Below are positions 24,347 through 37,222 of a stretch of 64,000 bases of DNA, piece after piece; within the stretch, counting starts at the first letter, position 1, and each line of letters opens with the position of its first letter. A program made the translations under genes and the position numbers. Source of the stretch: Octopus sinensis (lineage: Eukaryota); NCBI RefSeq assembly GCF_006345805.1, contig NC_043016.1, forward strand, positions 12,896,001-12,960,000. The letters run 5' to 3'. Below the pieces are notes generated by a model, which worked only from the letters and a program-made list of their open reading frames with translations, made no database searches and had not been told where the DNA came from.

Positions 24347-26889
24347 GGTATTGTACTAATAAATGGGTCCAAGAAACTGAAATGGCAGGATGCTTTAATT
24401 AAGGTCTAGCTGATACTTCTTCTGTGGGGATATAAATTATGGTTGGGTATTATGGTATATTCATGCTAATGGAGCTTCTTTTTTTTATTTGTTTATATAT
24501 ACATGTTGGTCATGGTTTATATTATGGGTTATATATAAATGTTTATACCTGAAATGTCGGGTCATTATTATATATTTTGGTGATGTTAGCTAGATATGTG
24601 GGGTATGTTAGAAAAGGTATTTGTTTGTAGAAATGTCAAAAACTTTGAGGAGACTTTCTTTTTATGAGATAGCAGCTAGATATCTCAAATTTCTTACTGT
24701 CTTTAAAAAGGAGCCATGATGTCTTAGATATATCACTTTTGAATAAAAGATGGGTTGACCATGGTCGGATGCTTTTGCTCATAGGTGTATGTACTCAGTT
24801 AGGTCAGTCTTGGGGCTAAACAATAACAACACCTGTTCAAGAAATTGTTGCAATAGTCTAAATTTACCCAGGAACATGTGCCGATGTTTATATATGAAGA
24901 ACCACTCAACACATGCTAACACTTAAAAACGCATGTTGTACATTAAAATAAGTTATGAAACATGTATTGGAATTAGTAAATAACAATACTTTAGTCTGGA
25001 ATCAAAATTAGTTACTTATCAAAAAGCTTAAAATAGTTCTCTTGTTTCCATTATACAATTTCTAAATTTAGCTTGGATATGAGATTTTTTCATTAGAACT
25101 TTTATTTTACGTAGACTCTTGGCTTTCGCTGCAACTGAAATTTTAGCAAGAAAGAAACTGAAGTAAAAGCATGATATAAATGGTGGTGGTGTGGGTAATT
25201 TGTTTTTCTCTCTCTTGTTAATCAACTTGAAATAGAAAGATCGCTTTGTAGGAAAGGAGTAACAAGTAACTAAATACTGTGTAAATAATGTAATTTGTGA
25301 TGTACGAGGGATGTAAGGATATATTTGATAAACTGTCTGACAATTCGAAACTGAAGTGTATAAACAGATCTTGTGGGGGAATAGTATTATGCCTAAAACC
25401 ACCTGAGAAGGTACCAGGTTTCTGTGAGGAGTGTATCATTGGAGATATTAGATATGTCTTGCTTTTATCAAACTTGGAATGTGGTACTTGATTCGGAGGT
25501 CATCCTGGTACAAATTAAAAGAGAATATGCATTACTTACATTAATGTTGAAATGAATATTATTCCTAAATTCCAGGAAATATAATATATTTCTAGGAAAT
25601 ATATTATTTTTGAAGCAATTAGATTTTTTTTTTTTAAGATAATTTTTTTTAAAGGAAAATTTACAAAATCTTCAACAGTAGTACCATTATGGTTTTCCCT
25701 CTCCCTTTGTTGATATGGATTACACAGGATTGCAAAAGGGAAGACCTTTTGTAGCTGGATCCCACTCTGGTGATTTGTTTTTTACTGCCTCACTGCTTTT
25801 AAGATATGCTCAATGATATTACAACTTTGTTCAACTATTTCACCAGTTTGTAGTTTCCTTGGCATCAGTCAGTTATTGTAACAAAGCCCAGAACCTTCTC
25901 TTCTCTGTGTCAGCTTGAGGTTTTGTGACCAAAACAAACTACAGTGGAATTGGTTGCATGTTTATATAATGAGCAGCCACATCAAATAATTTGATGCTTT
26001 TAGCTTCCATGTTTAGAACAACCTCTATATTACTTTTATAAGCCATTCACATATAGTTCTACCGCTGTTATTTTGCATTTCATGTAATTTTACCATCTTT
26101 GTAATTTTTGTGTAATTAAAGAAGTTTGTTTCCAAACAATTAGGTTTTGGGTTCAGTCCTACTGCATGGCACCTTGGGTCAGTGTCTTCTACAATAATCC
26201 TGGGCCAACCAAAATCTTGTGAATCAAACTGAAAGAAACCCATTGTATATATGTGTCTGTGTGTGAGTGTTCATATCTCTTTGTCTAGATAACATTTGAT
26301 ATTATAAATGAATGTCATTGTCATATAAACAACATCCCTCTGTGTGTGTGTTTGTCTTGCACTGCTTGACTACAGGTGTTTGTTTGTTTACATCCCCATG
26401 ACTTAGAGGTTTGGTAAAAAACAGAGACCACTTGAATATATATCAACCTTGAAAAAATAAGTACTGGGGTCAGTTTGTACAACTTCATGGTGGTGCTCTT
26501 GAAATTTCCAAAATGGGGACACGAGGTCAATTTAAGAAAGAAAATTTTCATGGGTGGGGTGGGGTGGGGTGTGTAATGGTAATGCTATTTATTTTAATAG
26601 ATTTAGTATGACACAGATTTTACACACTGTTATCTATTGAATGGATAAGTTGTATGTATGTTCTGCCCTTTAAATATTTCTGTCACTTTAAAAAGTAACC
26701 TGATGCTACTAACTTAAACACTCCATGCCATTTACACTGATTTATGCTTGCTCTCTCTGGGTTGGGAACAGTTGGGTGCAGAGGGTGCAAGCACACTCCC
26801 TAAAATTTTGGGTGGGGTAATGAAAATGTTTTGAACACTCTAAGTTGGACCTGGGCTTGCACCCACTAAGCAAATTTCATTCCTGTACT

Positions 26890-27170
26890 TATGCTCTCTC
26901 TCTCTCTCTCTCTCTGTTTCTCTCTCTCTCTCTATTTCTCTCTTTCTCCTCTCTCTGTTTCTCCCTCTCTCCTCTGTTTCTCTCTCTCCTCTCTGTTTCT
27001 CTCTCTCTCCTTTCTCTATTTCTCTCTCTCTCCTCTCTCTGTTTCTCCCTCTCCTCTCTCTGTTTCTCTCCTCCCTATTTCTCCCTCTCTCCTCTGTTTC
27101 TCTCTCTCTCTCTTCTGTTTCTCTCTCCCTCTCCTCTGTTTCTCTCTCTCTCTTTCTTCTCTCTCTCTCA
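26890..27170. repeat. CT-rich compound repeat (CTCTCTGTTT / CTCTATTT units)
   Basis: Direct inspection. Confidence 0.95.
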
Positions 27171-27709
27171 TGTATTCATTTCTTATAATTTTTTACCTAG
27201 TCAGATGTCACAATCAGTCAACACAAAACTATGGCAGAAGACACTTTGCATAAAGTGCTGAAGCAATACATATTTCTTTTCTGTTTTACTACTTTCACTC
27301 TTTAGGAATGCATTCTTATCCTCCTCCTCCTCCTCCTCCTCCGTTTTATACATGCAAATGTCCAGGGTGAATATTGACTACCATATTAGTTTCTCCCGGC
27401 ATTGAGGGTTTGCAGAAACCACGAGGACTGCCTCTCCTCTAGCTTTAGCTAATAACATCCTTATTGAATGATGTGTAGGTCTCATTTCAGTGTAAGTGAT
27501 GAGTTGTCACATGAGGATCTTGGTTGCATCATCATCATCATCATCATAGTGATGGTTATGATGAGGGGCCCTGATGCAGTACCAGGCAGTGGCTCTCATG
27601 GCTTCTGATCTTACCAGATTGAAAGTGTTATCATGTACATTGTTTTGTCTTGGTATAAAAGATGGTAGATGGAAACTGAAAGAAGCCAGTCGTATATATT
27701 TTATATATG

Positions 27710-27764
<55 letters not shown>

Positions 27765-28905
27765 ACATATTTGTGTGTGTTTGTCCCCTCCCCACCGTCG
27801 CTTGATGGCCAATATTGGTCTGTTTTTGTCTCCAGTAACTTAGCAGTTCAGCAAAAGAAAGCTATAGAGTAAGTACTAGGCTTACAAAGAGTAAGAGCTG
27901 AGGTCGATTTGTTCAAGTAAAGGCAGTGCTCCAGCATGGCCGTGGTCAAATGACTGAAACAAGTAAAAGAATAAAAGAATGTGTGTGTGTGTGTGTATGT
28001 GGGTCTGCATTTGAATTAAATTTCTTCCTTTCTCCGCTGCTTAAAATATATCTTAGCATCCAACCAGCTCCTTCCTACTAAGTTGGTTAATAATCTCTCA
28101 CAACCATTTCACTCCACCAAACACTGTTACATTTAGATTCTTTTCTGTTTCTGTCTTGATAAAAACAAACCAAACAAAAGAAAGAAAAGCCAAGAAAACA
28201 AAAATAAAATATAACAAACAAAACGAAACAAAAGCTCTTGCAAGAAATTCTATACTTCCATTCCAGTAGTAGTCTAGCTTCTTAATCAAAAGACCACTTG
28301 GTGGATTGCTAGTCAGTACTCTTTCCACCCAATTCCTTGGTCTACAACTTTACCCTTTTATCCCTTGTCCTACTTATTTTCTTGTTTGCTGGGGTTATTT
28401 TTTATATATCCCTCCCCCCCTTCCTGGCGCTCACTCCTATTCTCCACAAATATTTTAGTTGATAGAATTAACTGTTGCAATGACTAAGAATCACTTGGAC
28501 AGTGATTGTCAGTTAAGGTGGTGGAAAAGAAGAATCTTTATCCCTGTGGGATAAAAATTTACACAGAGTATATCATACCTGAAAATGAAGCATTAATTTT
28601 CTGTAATGTAAAAAAAAAAAAGCTTAATAATAAAGTTTTTCCATTCTTTTTTCTTTCTATTTTTTCTTCTTTTTTTTTTTTGTTTCTGTGCCTCCAGGGC
28701 AGTTATGCACTTTTTGTTGTTGCTTGGTAGTAAGTGGGGTAATTGACAAACTAACTGGCAAAGTGATAGGGGTAAATTACTGGGTAAGGGTTGGGGATCA
28801 TAGCTTCATTGTTGCTCTTATGGTTCAGTTTAGAAATGAAAAAAAAAAAACAAAAAAAAAAAACAAAAGGGCCATAAGCCAAATAATGTGTGTGTGTGTT
28901 TGTGT

Positions 28906-28937
<32 letters not shown>

Positions 28938-28989
28938 ACACACGTGCATGCATATACAGTGAAGCTTGGTGCAGTCTTCTACCTAGCTA

Positions 28990-29240
28990 GCCTCTATCAA
29001 ACTTTCCAACTCATGCCAGACAGACATATATATGTGTATGTGTGTGTATATATATGGATGTATATATATATATACACACACATATGGATGTGTGTGTATA
29101 TATATATGGATGTACGTGTGTATATATATATCTATCAATGTTGTATGCACACACATACATATATATGGATGCATGTGTGTGTATATGTTTGTAAATGGAT
29201 GTTTGTATATAAATATGGATCTGCATGTAAAATTAAGATC
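28990..29240. repeat. (TA)/(TG) microsatellite punctuated by ATGGAT
   Basis: Recurring TATATATGGATG units. Confidence 0.85.
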
Positions 29241-30746
29241 ATGTATGTGATAATAAAAAATATAAATAAATATTGGTGAGTGAACTTTTAGATATAAACG
29301 TGGCTGTGTGGCCAAGAAGTTTTATTTCCCAAACATATGATTCCAGGTTCAGTCCCACTGTATGGCACCTGTGTGTCAAGTGTCTTTTATTATGTCCCTG
29401 TGCTAACCAAAAGCCTTGTAAATGGATTCGGTTGACAGTAACTGAAAGAAGCTTGTCACGCTTGACAACCAGTGTTGGTTTGTTTACGTCTCTGTAACTT
29501 TGTAGTTCAGCAGAAGAGACCGATAGAATAAGTACCAGGTTTAAAAAAATGAAAGAAAGCAAATAGCTGGGTCAATTCATTCCACTAAAACTTTTCAAGG
29601 CAGTGCCCCAGCATGGCCACAGTCTGCTGACTGAAACAAATAATAAAAATAAAGTGGGTGGGGTGGGGCTTAGTCCCAATGATAATAGACTGAAATTAAG
29701 ATATATGTAAATTTATTGTTATGGCATTGTTATTGAAATTAGTCCTAATTCATTAGTGCTTGAAAGGTAAAATATTGAATAGATGTGGGGGCCTTCAAAA
29801 GTTTTCTTTTGATACTGGTGACAAATTGTTTGCTGGTTATTATGTTGGGTTTTTAGTTGCTGTTTAGCCCTGGGTCATCTCTGATCAAGTGAACTTAGGA
29901 TTGATGGTATTTTAATGGTGACCACCCTGTCTTGTTTTTTTCTCTTTTTTTTTTATTTATCAAGCATATTATTATTTAGGACTGTGTAAATCAATGTGTC
30001 CTTTCTGGGTTTTTTTTTAAGAAAGGAGAGTGTGGTGAGAGATATTTGGCTGTTATTTCTAGCAGGTCGTTTAACTTCAAGGAGTCACCCTTGTTGGCTC
30101 ATTAGCTGCTTAGTTGTATTTTGAGGCAGTGATGGGTGCTCTAAGTTGATGGCTGTAGTAAGCAAGAAAGCATAAATAAACAAGAGCCAACTTTTGTATG
30201 TTTTTACAGCATTGATTGCAAAAAAAGTGAGAGTTTACTACTGCACCAGCTTTCTATCTCTCTACACTTTGTTGGTTGGTGGTAGATTTTTGCTGGTAGA
30301 TAGATGCTCAGTGACATTCCTAAATCTCTAAACTTCTCTCTCGGGTTCCCTTCCTCCCACTTCTCCTTTGCCTGGTCTGAGCTTATTGCTGCTTACCAAT
30401 GCTAGTTTGTTGTTTGTTCTTACAGTCTAGTTATAATACCTCCATCATTCCTACCCCCATAGTTAAGTTCCTATCCTCTCTTCCACATCAGCTTTCATTT
30501 TTTTTTCTCTCTCTCTCTCTCTCCTCTTCCCTTTCTCTTCCTCTTCAAATGTAGTGTGTGCTTTCGTGATGGTGCCGCTTTATCCATCTTTCGCGGTGGT
30601 ACTTTTGTTTTTGCCTGTTCTCTTGATTTCCACTGTCTCTCTTTCACCAACTGTATGACCTCTAGAGGTAGGTGCTTGCATAAAAGAACTTGTGATAATT
30701 GTCTTGCTTTCAAAGAACTAACAAGATGGTCTTGTATTTCTCCCAG

Positions 30747-30777
<31 letters not shown>

Positions 30778-31545
30778 ACATGATATAACGTATATAACAT
30801 CATATATGTGTGATTCTAACAGTTTAGCATATGTTGTCTGTGTAAATTTTCTTCAATTTCTACAACTTTTTTGTTTGTTAGAGTCCCTTTTACTGTTACT
30901 TTTTTTCCACCCTAAAGATATGCCAAAAAAAATTAAAAAAGAAGAATTAAAAATTGATAGATATTGCATAACGGTCTTTCGGTAACATTGTGTCAAGTTT
31001 CACCAAAGTTGTTTTAGATTTATAGATGTTTATCTATTTCCCTTATACTCCAAAACATAGTGTAAATTTGTCTAAAGTAAACCCCATCTTATAAAAAGTG
31101 CTAGCTTCATGTTTATACTTGAATATACTTGATAAAACAAGAACACCAAAAAAAAAAAAAAGAAAAGAAAAAGAAACAAAAATACTATTGTTAAACAAAA
31201 AACACTTGTTTTTTTAAATATTTAAAAAAAATGCTTATAACCATCTTTCTAAAGTGCTTTACCTTTACATATCAAAAATAACATAAAAAAGTTTCATGTG
31301 TTACATGTTTAAACATGTATTTTTAGTGTGTATGAATGTGTTTATACATGTGAGAAAAGTCATACTACTATCTACATTTTCATATAAAACTGTTCTACAA
31401 GTGAGATTATAGACATATTTTTTTGTACATATTGATGTAACAATATAAATAGCTGTGTGTGTGTGTGTGCATATTGTTTCAGTCATTTGACTGCCCCAGC
31501 ATGGCCACAATCAAATGACTGAAACAAGTAAAAGAATATATATCA

Positions 31546-31577
<32 letters not shown>

Positions 31578-31708
31578 GCCGAAATTGCTAAGATGATCTG
31601 GTTCTTGACTGATGACTGAGGGCTTCGAATGTCCCGTCCTGTGGTTCTTGTGTCGTCTCTGTGGTGTTTCATGTTCTTGTCCATGTCTGTAATTATTTTT
31701 ACTGTTTA

Positions 31709-31710
<2 letters not shown>
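31578..31710. mobile_element. Short non-microsatellite insert between two (TA)n tracts, possibly a Penelope-like terminal fragment
   Basis: Sharp (TA)n boundaries and a CTGATGA motif at 31609; the family assignment is from recall only. Confidence 0.35.
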
Positions 31711-31754
<44 letters not shown>

Positions 31755-32057
31755 CATACATAATTAGTACATACAATTATCTGTGCAGTGTTGTAGTTAA
31801 ATATTTATGCTAATGAATTGTGTTTGTATGTTCACACATACACAGATTTACACATTTATATACAAACATACACATAACTATTTGTGAGTTATGACACACA
31901 CACACACACACACACACACACGTATGACTATGTATGTATCACTCACACAAATATCTGTGTGTGTTTGTCTATATAAACATGTGAGTCTATGTATGCATGT
32001 ATGTGTGGTGCAAATGGGTATATGTATGTATCTGTACACTAGTGTATAAAATAAACT

Positions 32058-32126
<69 letters not shown>

Positions 32127-32391
32127 TATTTATCATTCATCATCAACACTATTTCATCTGTTTTATTTTTACAAGCTGGTTGGTATGAGATGGACAAGTT
32201 TCGGGGTATCTCACCGCTCGTTACAACCCTTCTCCTTCGTTGTTGTGTACCCAACATGTTATTTTCACAGACTTTTTATGGTTGGATACCCTTGTAATTG
32301 TTAACCACCTTACAGCATGACTACATAAACACACCACACACACACACATACAACCGACAATATAAATACTTTTATATATATATAAAGTGTC

Positions 32392-32429
<38 letters not shown>

Positions 32430-32562
32430 CAAAGTGTATATAAATACTTTATATATATATTGCATTTTGGGATGGTAATTTTTTTTATTTTTGCCAAATA
32501 AATACACACACTATACATTTGTTCTTCACTTGTCTATTACTGTTTTTATTCTAACTGGTGTT

Positions 32563-32606
32563 CGTCGGAGACCTTTCGTCAGACATCTGTGACCTCTTCA
32601 GCAACA
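32563..32606 (-). ncRNA. Minimal type I hammerhead ribozyme motif (Penelope-like-element type)
   Basis: Minus strand reads UGUUG-CUGAAGA-G-GUCA(cagauguc)UGAC-GAAA-GGUCU-C-CGACG: complete core, 4-bp stem II, loopless palindromic stem III, CUC cleavage triplet and 5-bp stem I. Confidence 0.65.
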
Positions 32607-32789
32607 CTTTCCATCTTCATGTGTGCTCTTGGTCCAGTTATTTCATTCTCTAATAAGCGAGTGAAAGAACGAATATATAGTGTGTGTGTTTATTTGGGAC
32701 CCCCCCCCCCCAAAAAAAAAACATGTTACAACACACGATTTCACATCAGGAATCTTACAACATAAATTGATAAATATATATATATATAT

Positions 32790-33148
32790 AAGTGGCTGTG
32801 TGGTAAGAAGCTTACTTCCCAACTACATGGTTCCAGGTTCATGGCACCTTGACCAAGTGTCTTCTACTGTAGCCTTAGGCCAACCAAAGCCTTGTGAGTG
32901 GATTTGGTAGGCAGAAACTGAAAGAAGCCCATTGTGTGTGTGTGTATATGTGTGGGTGTGTCTGTGTTTGTCCCCCCACCATTGCTTGACAACCAATGTT
33001 GGTGTGTTTATGTCCCTGTAACTTAGTGGTTTGGCAAAAGAGACCGATAGAATAAGTACAAACAATAAGTCCTGGGGTCACTTTGTTTGACTAAAGGAGG
33101 TGCTCCAGCATGACCGCAGTCAAATGCCTAAAACAAATAAAAGAGTAA
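32790..33148 (+). mobile_element. SINE family A inserted in (TA)n
   Basis: Matches family A and is flanked by TA tracts. Confidence 0.88.
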
Positions 33149-33596
33149 TATATATATATATATATATATAGCGGAGTCACTGTTTTTAATGTATATATAA
33201 TATCTATAAAATAAGATGTGTGTATGCATATATATAATCTATGTGTTGTGTGTCTATGATATATTGGTTTCAAATTTTAGCACAAGGATAGCAATTTTTT
33301 GGGAAGTGTGAGCTGAATACATTGACCCCATTGCATAACTGGTAGTTATTTCATTGAACCTGAAAGGATGAAAGGCAAAGTCAACTTTGGAATTTGAACT
33401 TAGCATGTTAGCATGGTTGAAATGTGTCTAATCATGTCTACACAAATATTTGATCAGTATAAACAAATCATATGTGTGCTTGTTCAGCAAGAAATTGTCG
33501 AAGCCTCATATATCATGTAACCATGGGAGAGTACATGATGTGTGTGTGTGTGTATGTGTATGTATGTATGTATGTGTGTATGTATATATATATATG

Positions 33597-34010
33597 TTAC
33601 ACTTCCAGATGGGAAGGGTCTTCCTATGATACTGACATACAGTGTCTGTGCAAGACCCTGCCTCAGTAAAGCTGGACTCAAGAGTCATCTTTGTAGTCAT
33701 AAAGCGAGACAGATGAGTGACAACCTGGCCACTGGTGGTGGTGTAACACACCATACTAATCATATCTGCTGGGCATGTGGAAGAGGGTGTAATTTGGCAG
33801 GAGGTCTTAAACAACATGCAAAGGTACATGAAGCCCAGTTACAACTACAGCCGGCTATTACTGGTAAAGGTTTTGGCTGCCAATTCTGTACAAGACATTG
33901 TAGATCTTTAGCTGGGCTAAAAAGTCACATTCGATCACAGCACCAGTAACAGTTAAGCTTCGTGCAATGACCATACTCGATAACAAGGGAGCAGCCATCA
34001 TACACACACA
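33597..34010 (+). mobile_element. 5'-truncated LINE 3' end (probably RTE clade) encoding three C2H2-like zinc fingers
   Basis: The ORF to 33949 contains YSVCARPCLSKAGLKSHLCSH, CWACGRGCNLAGGLKQHAKVH and CQFCTRHCRSLAGLKSHIRSQH. A 50-nt UTR and a short CAT/CA tail follow; the 5' edge sits in (TA)n. Confidence 0.65.
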
Positions 34011-34219
34011 CTTGAGGGGGTACTGAAAAATTCCTGGTTTTGAGGATATCACAAAAGGCTTGGTTGAAGGCCCAACCTTCCAAATTATTTTACTGGGCTT
34101 AGAAAAACTGAAGGACAGCTGCAATAAATGTGTGAATCTAAGAGGGGACTATGTTGAATAACTGATTCTCCTGCATTTTCTTTTACCCAAAGCCAAGAAC
34201 TTTTCAGTTCCGCCTTGTG
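34011..34219 (+). mobile_element. Internally deleted mariner element
   Basis: TIRs GAGGGGGTACTGAAAAATTCC / GAACTTTTCAGTTCCGCCT; retains the transposase C-terminus LKDSCNKCVNLRGDYVE*; TA at the right end. Confidence 0.8.
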
Positions 34220-34850
34220 TATTTACGCCACTAAGTCTGTATATCTTTTCGCGAAAGACATATTTAATTCATTGTTTTCTGCGTAAATAACATTCATCAC
34301 TTCCTCCCTTGCCTCCCACAACTTTTATCTCGTAGCCAAGACTGAAAGCAGTGAGTTTTGAAGAAGGAGTTAAATGAAAGTTACTTAGAATTCTGAGAAT
34401 TTTACTGGTATTATTATTGGTATTACTTTTGTTGATCCCCACCCCCACCCAGATATGAAATGAATTTGACTTTTTGGGAGATCTAATAACAACTACATTT
34501 AATTTGAAGTTGTAATGACCCAGTTGTTATCATTTCCTCTTGATTTAATATTAAAAACTTCTTTTAAGATTCGTTACTGAAATTGAATAAGGCAATCTAA
34601 AAATAATATGGCTATCAAAGATTTTGTTCTTTTACAAAACCACCTACTCAATTTTTTTTTTCTGGTAAGGTTGTGTGAAAGGTGAATATTTTTTTAATTT
34701 GTTTCCTGCCATCTAAAAATTTTCATTTGTATGTCTTTAATTCTGTATTACATGACTTGAATTAGTTTTAAAATGAATATATAAATGAAACTGAATTAAT
34801 TACAACAGTTGAATATATACATATGTATGTATCTATATAATATAAAGTAA

Positions 34851-35448
34851 GATCACAGCCGTGACCGATGCCAGTGTTGCATAACCAGCCCATTAAAAAG
34901 TACCCTTGAATTGTCAGGCGATATGTACTTGAGAAGACCTGTTGAGTTAAGTGAAATCAATATTGTAGTCATGGCTAGTGCCGCCTGACTGGCACCCATG
35001 CTGGTGGCACGTAATAAGCACCATTAGAGCATGGGGCAATGCCAGTGCCGCCTGACTGGCTCCCCATGCCGGTGGCACGTAAAAAGCACCATGCAAATGT
35101 GGTCGATGCTGGTGCCCCCTGACTGGCTTCCATTTCAGTGGCATGTAAAATGCACCTTTCAAGTGTGGCCATTGCCAGTGCCCCTTGACTGGCTCCCATC
35201 TTGGTGGCATGTAAAAAGCACCGTTCAAGCGTGGTCGATGCCAGTACCACCTGACTCGCCCCCATGCCGGTGGCACGTAAAAAGCACCCACTACACTCAT
35301 GGAGTGGTTGGTGTTAGGAAGGGCACCCAGCTGTAGAAACCTTGCCAGCTCAGATTGGAGCCTGGTACAGCCTTCTGGCTTGCCAATCTTCAGTCAAACC
35401 ATCAAACCCATGCCAGCATGGAATACGAATGTTAAACGATGATGATTT
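34851..35448 (+). mobile_element. SINE family B with five 66-68-bp internal tandem units
   Basis: Cores at 35003, 35071, 35137, 35203 and 35269; conserved body and GAT tail. Confidence 0.85.
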
Positions 35449-36445
35449 AATGTTATCTCTACAGAATAAAAACTTGAGAGCCAGTACTGAAAGCTACGAT
35501 GTTTCGTTTAAGTATATATTTATGTAAATAATGTGATTAAAGTATATTATGGTTGCATAATGGAATACAGTGGCTCCACAAGTCATTGACATGTATGTAC
35601 CAGCTGTCAGGAATATGCTTAATATTTAAAATTGGTTTATCCAGTAATGTTACACCATTATATTTAGTGGCTATTTAAGCAATAAATTTGTGGATGGTTA
35701 ATGGGTTGGATGTGGTACTGATGTGGTACTGATGAAGGAATATGTCTTCAGTTGCATTGTTTACATAGATGTTTTCATATATGAAATGTAACTTTCAGTG
35801 CTGGCTCTAATTTCTATAGAAAAATCTGTAGAGATAATTTTAAAAAGTGACTGAATTTCACTGCTAACACAGGTGGGACATAGTCTTGACTTATGAGCCT
35901 TTAATATGCTTGTAAGTATACTATCCTTGCATAACAAAATATAATGTCCTACCAGCAGTTAACACACTTTCATTTTTACATCTAGTTTTCCATGTTGGCA
36001 TGGGTCAGACAGGTTCATCACTGTTTTAATTTGTTCTACAAAGAGTCATTCATCCTCTTTATAGGACCATCCTAGGCATAGTCTTTAAACCACGGCTTAC
36101 TTATCCATTTTTGTTTTAACATGGATTCTATAGCTGGACAATCTTCATAGCACTAACCACTTTACTGTGTGTACTGGAGTGCATTTTATATCCTATTAGT
36201 AGCACTAAAGAGAAATTGTCCTAGATAAGATTATGGGTCTTTTGAACTCTATTCATGCCTTTGTTGATCAACGACTTCACAAAGTGTATTGAGTGCATTT
36301 TTAATATAAACACCATTGCTTGTGAAGCTGTTTGTGTCAGGATATATAATATTAGATACTTTCAAGCACGAATTCACAGCTCTACAATTTTAGCATATGT
36401 TTATCACATTAATTATACTTGAATGATAAGCAATGTAATTTTCTG

Positions 36446-36813
36446 ATATCAACTCAGCTTTAGTGAAGGCAGAGGTATTGTTTTCAGTCATGTTTGTTTG
36501 TTTGTTTGTTTGTCCCTGGACAATATATCTCAAGAACCAATGGATGGATTCGGATGAAACTTTCAGGGATGTTTGACCTCATGACTGGCATGAACTGATT
36601 AGATTTTGGGATTGATCTGGATTCTGGATTATTTTTCCATTTTTTTTTTTACTTAATTTTTGAGAGCAGTCAGGTTCATTTTTAGTATTCTCATATGTGA
36701 GAGTAGTTGAGTTTATTTCAGATATTCTCATTTCAAAGATCATCTCTGGCTAATCATTGAGAGGACATTGGTGTTGCCTTGGTGGAGTTTTGCGCTCTCA
36801 CAGTGCTCTTGTT
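36446..36813 (+). mobile_element. Helentron-associated (DINE-1/HINE-like) non-autonomous element
   Basis: 5' CTCAGC..GGCAGAG hairpin, (GTTT)n, 3' GCCTTGGTGGAG sub-TIR, then a GCGCTCTCACAGTGC stem-loop before TT. Confidence 0.65.
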
Positions 36814-37222
36814 ATTGTTATTTTCTTTTAAATATTTATTCAGATTTAACAGTTACCCCATGTGATTGTGGCATGATAGATACATATTGAAATGTTGATG
36901 GAGAATATACTGATCGAAATGTCTTGTCTTTTACTTGTTTCAGTTATTGGGGTGTGGCCATGCTGGGGACACTGCTTTGAAGGGATTTAGTCAAATGAAT
37001 TGACCCCAGTAACTTTTTTTTTTTAGCTTTGTACTTACTCTAGTGGTCTCTCTTGCTGAATTGATAAGCTATGGGACATAAATAAACCAACACTGGCTGT
37101 AATGCATGATGAGGGACATCATAAAAGACATGTGGTGGTGGTGGGACACTATAGCCCTGGGCTGACCAAGCACTTGTGAGTAGATTTGGTTGACAGAATC
37201 TGAAAGAAGACCATTGTATCTA

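Noticed and set aside
31600-31640. Hammerhead-like CTGATGA..GAATGTC on the plus strand
   Set aside because: GAAA is broken, stem II is marginal and there is no stem I partner.
33542-33949. Host C2H2 transcription-factor gene
   Set aside because: The only start comes from a microsatellite, there are no TGEKP linkers or splice sites, and a LINE-like 3' tail follows; a retroelement fragment explains it better.
34947-35336. CRISPR array or repeat protein
   Set aside because: The intervening sequences are homologous to each other, the array lies inside a eukaryotic SINE with a (GAT)n tail, and there are no cas genes.
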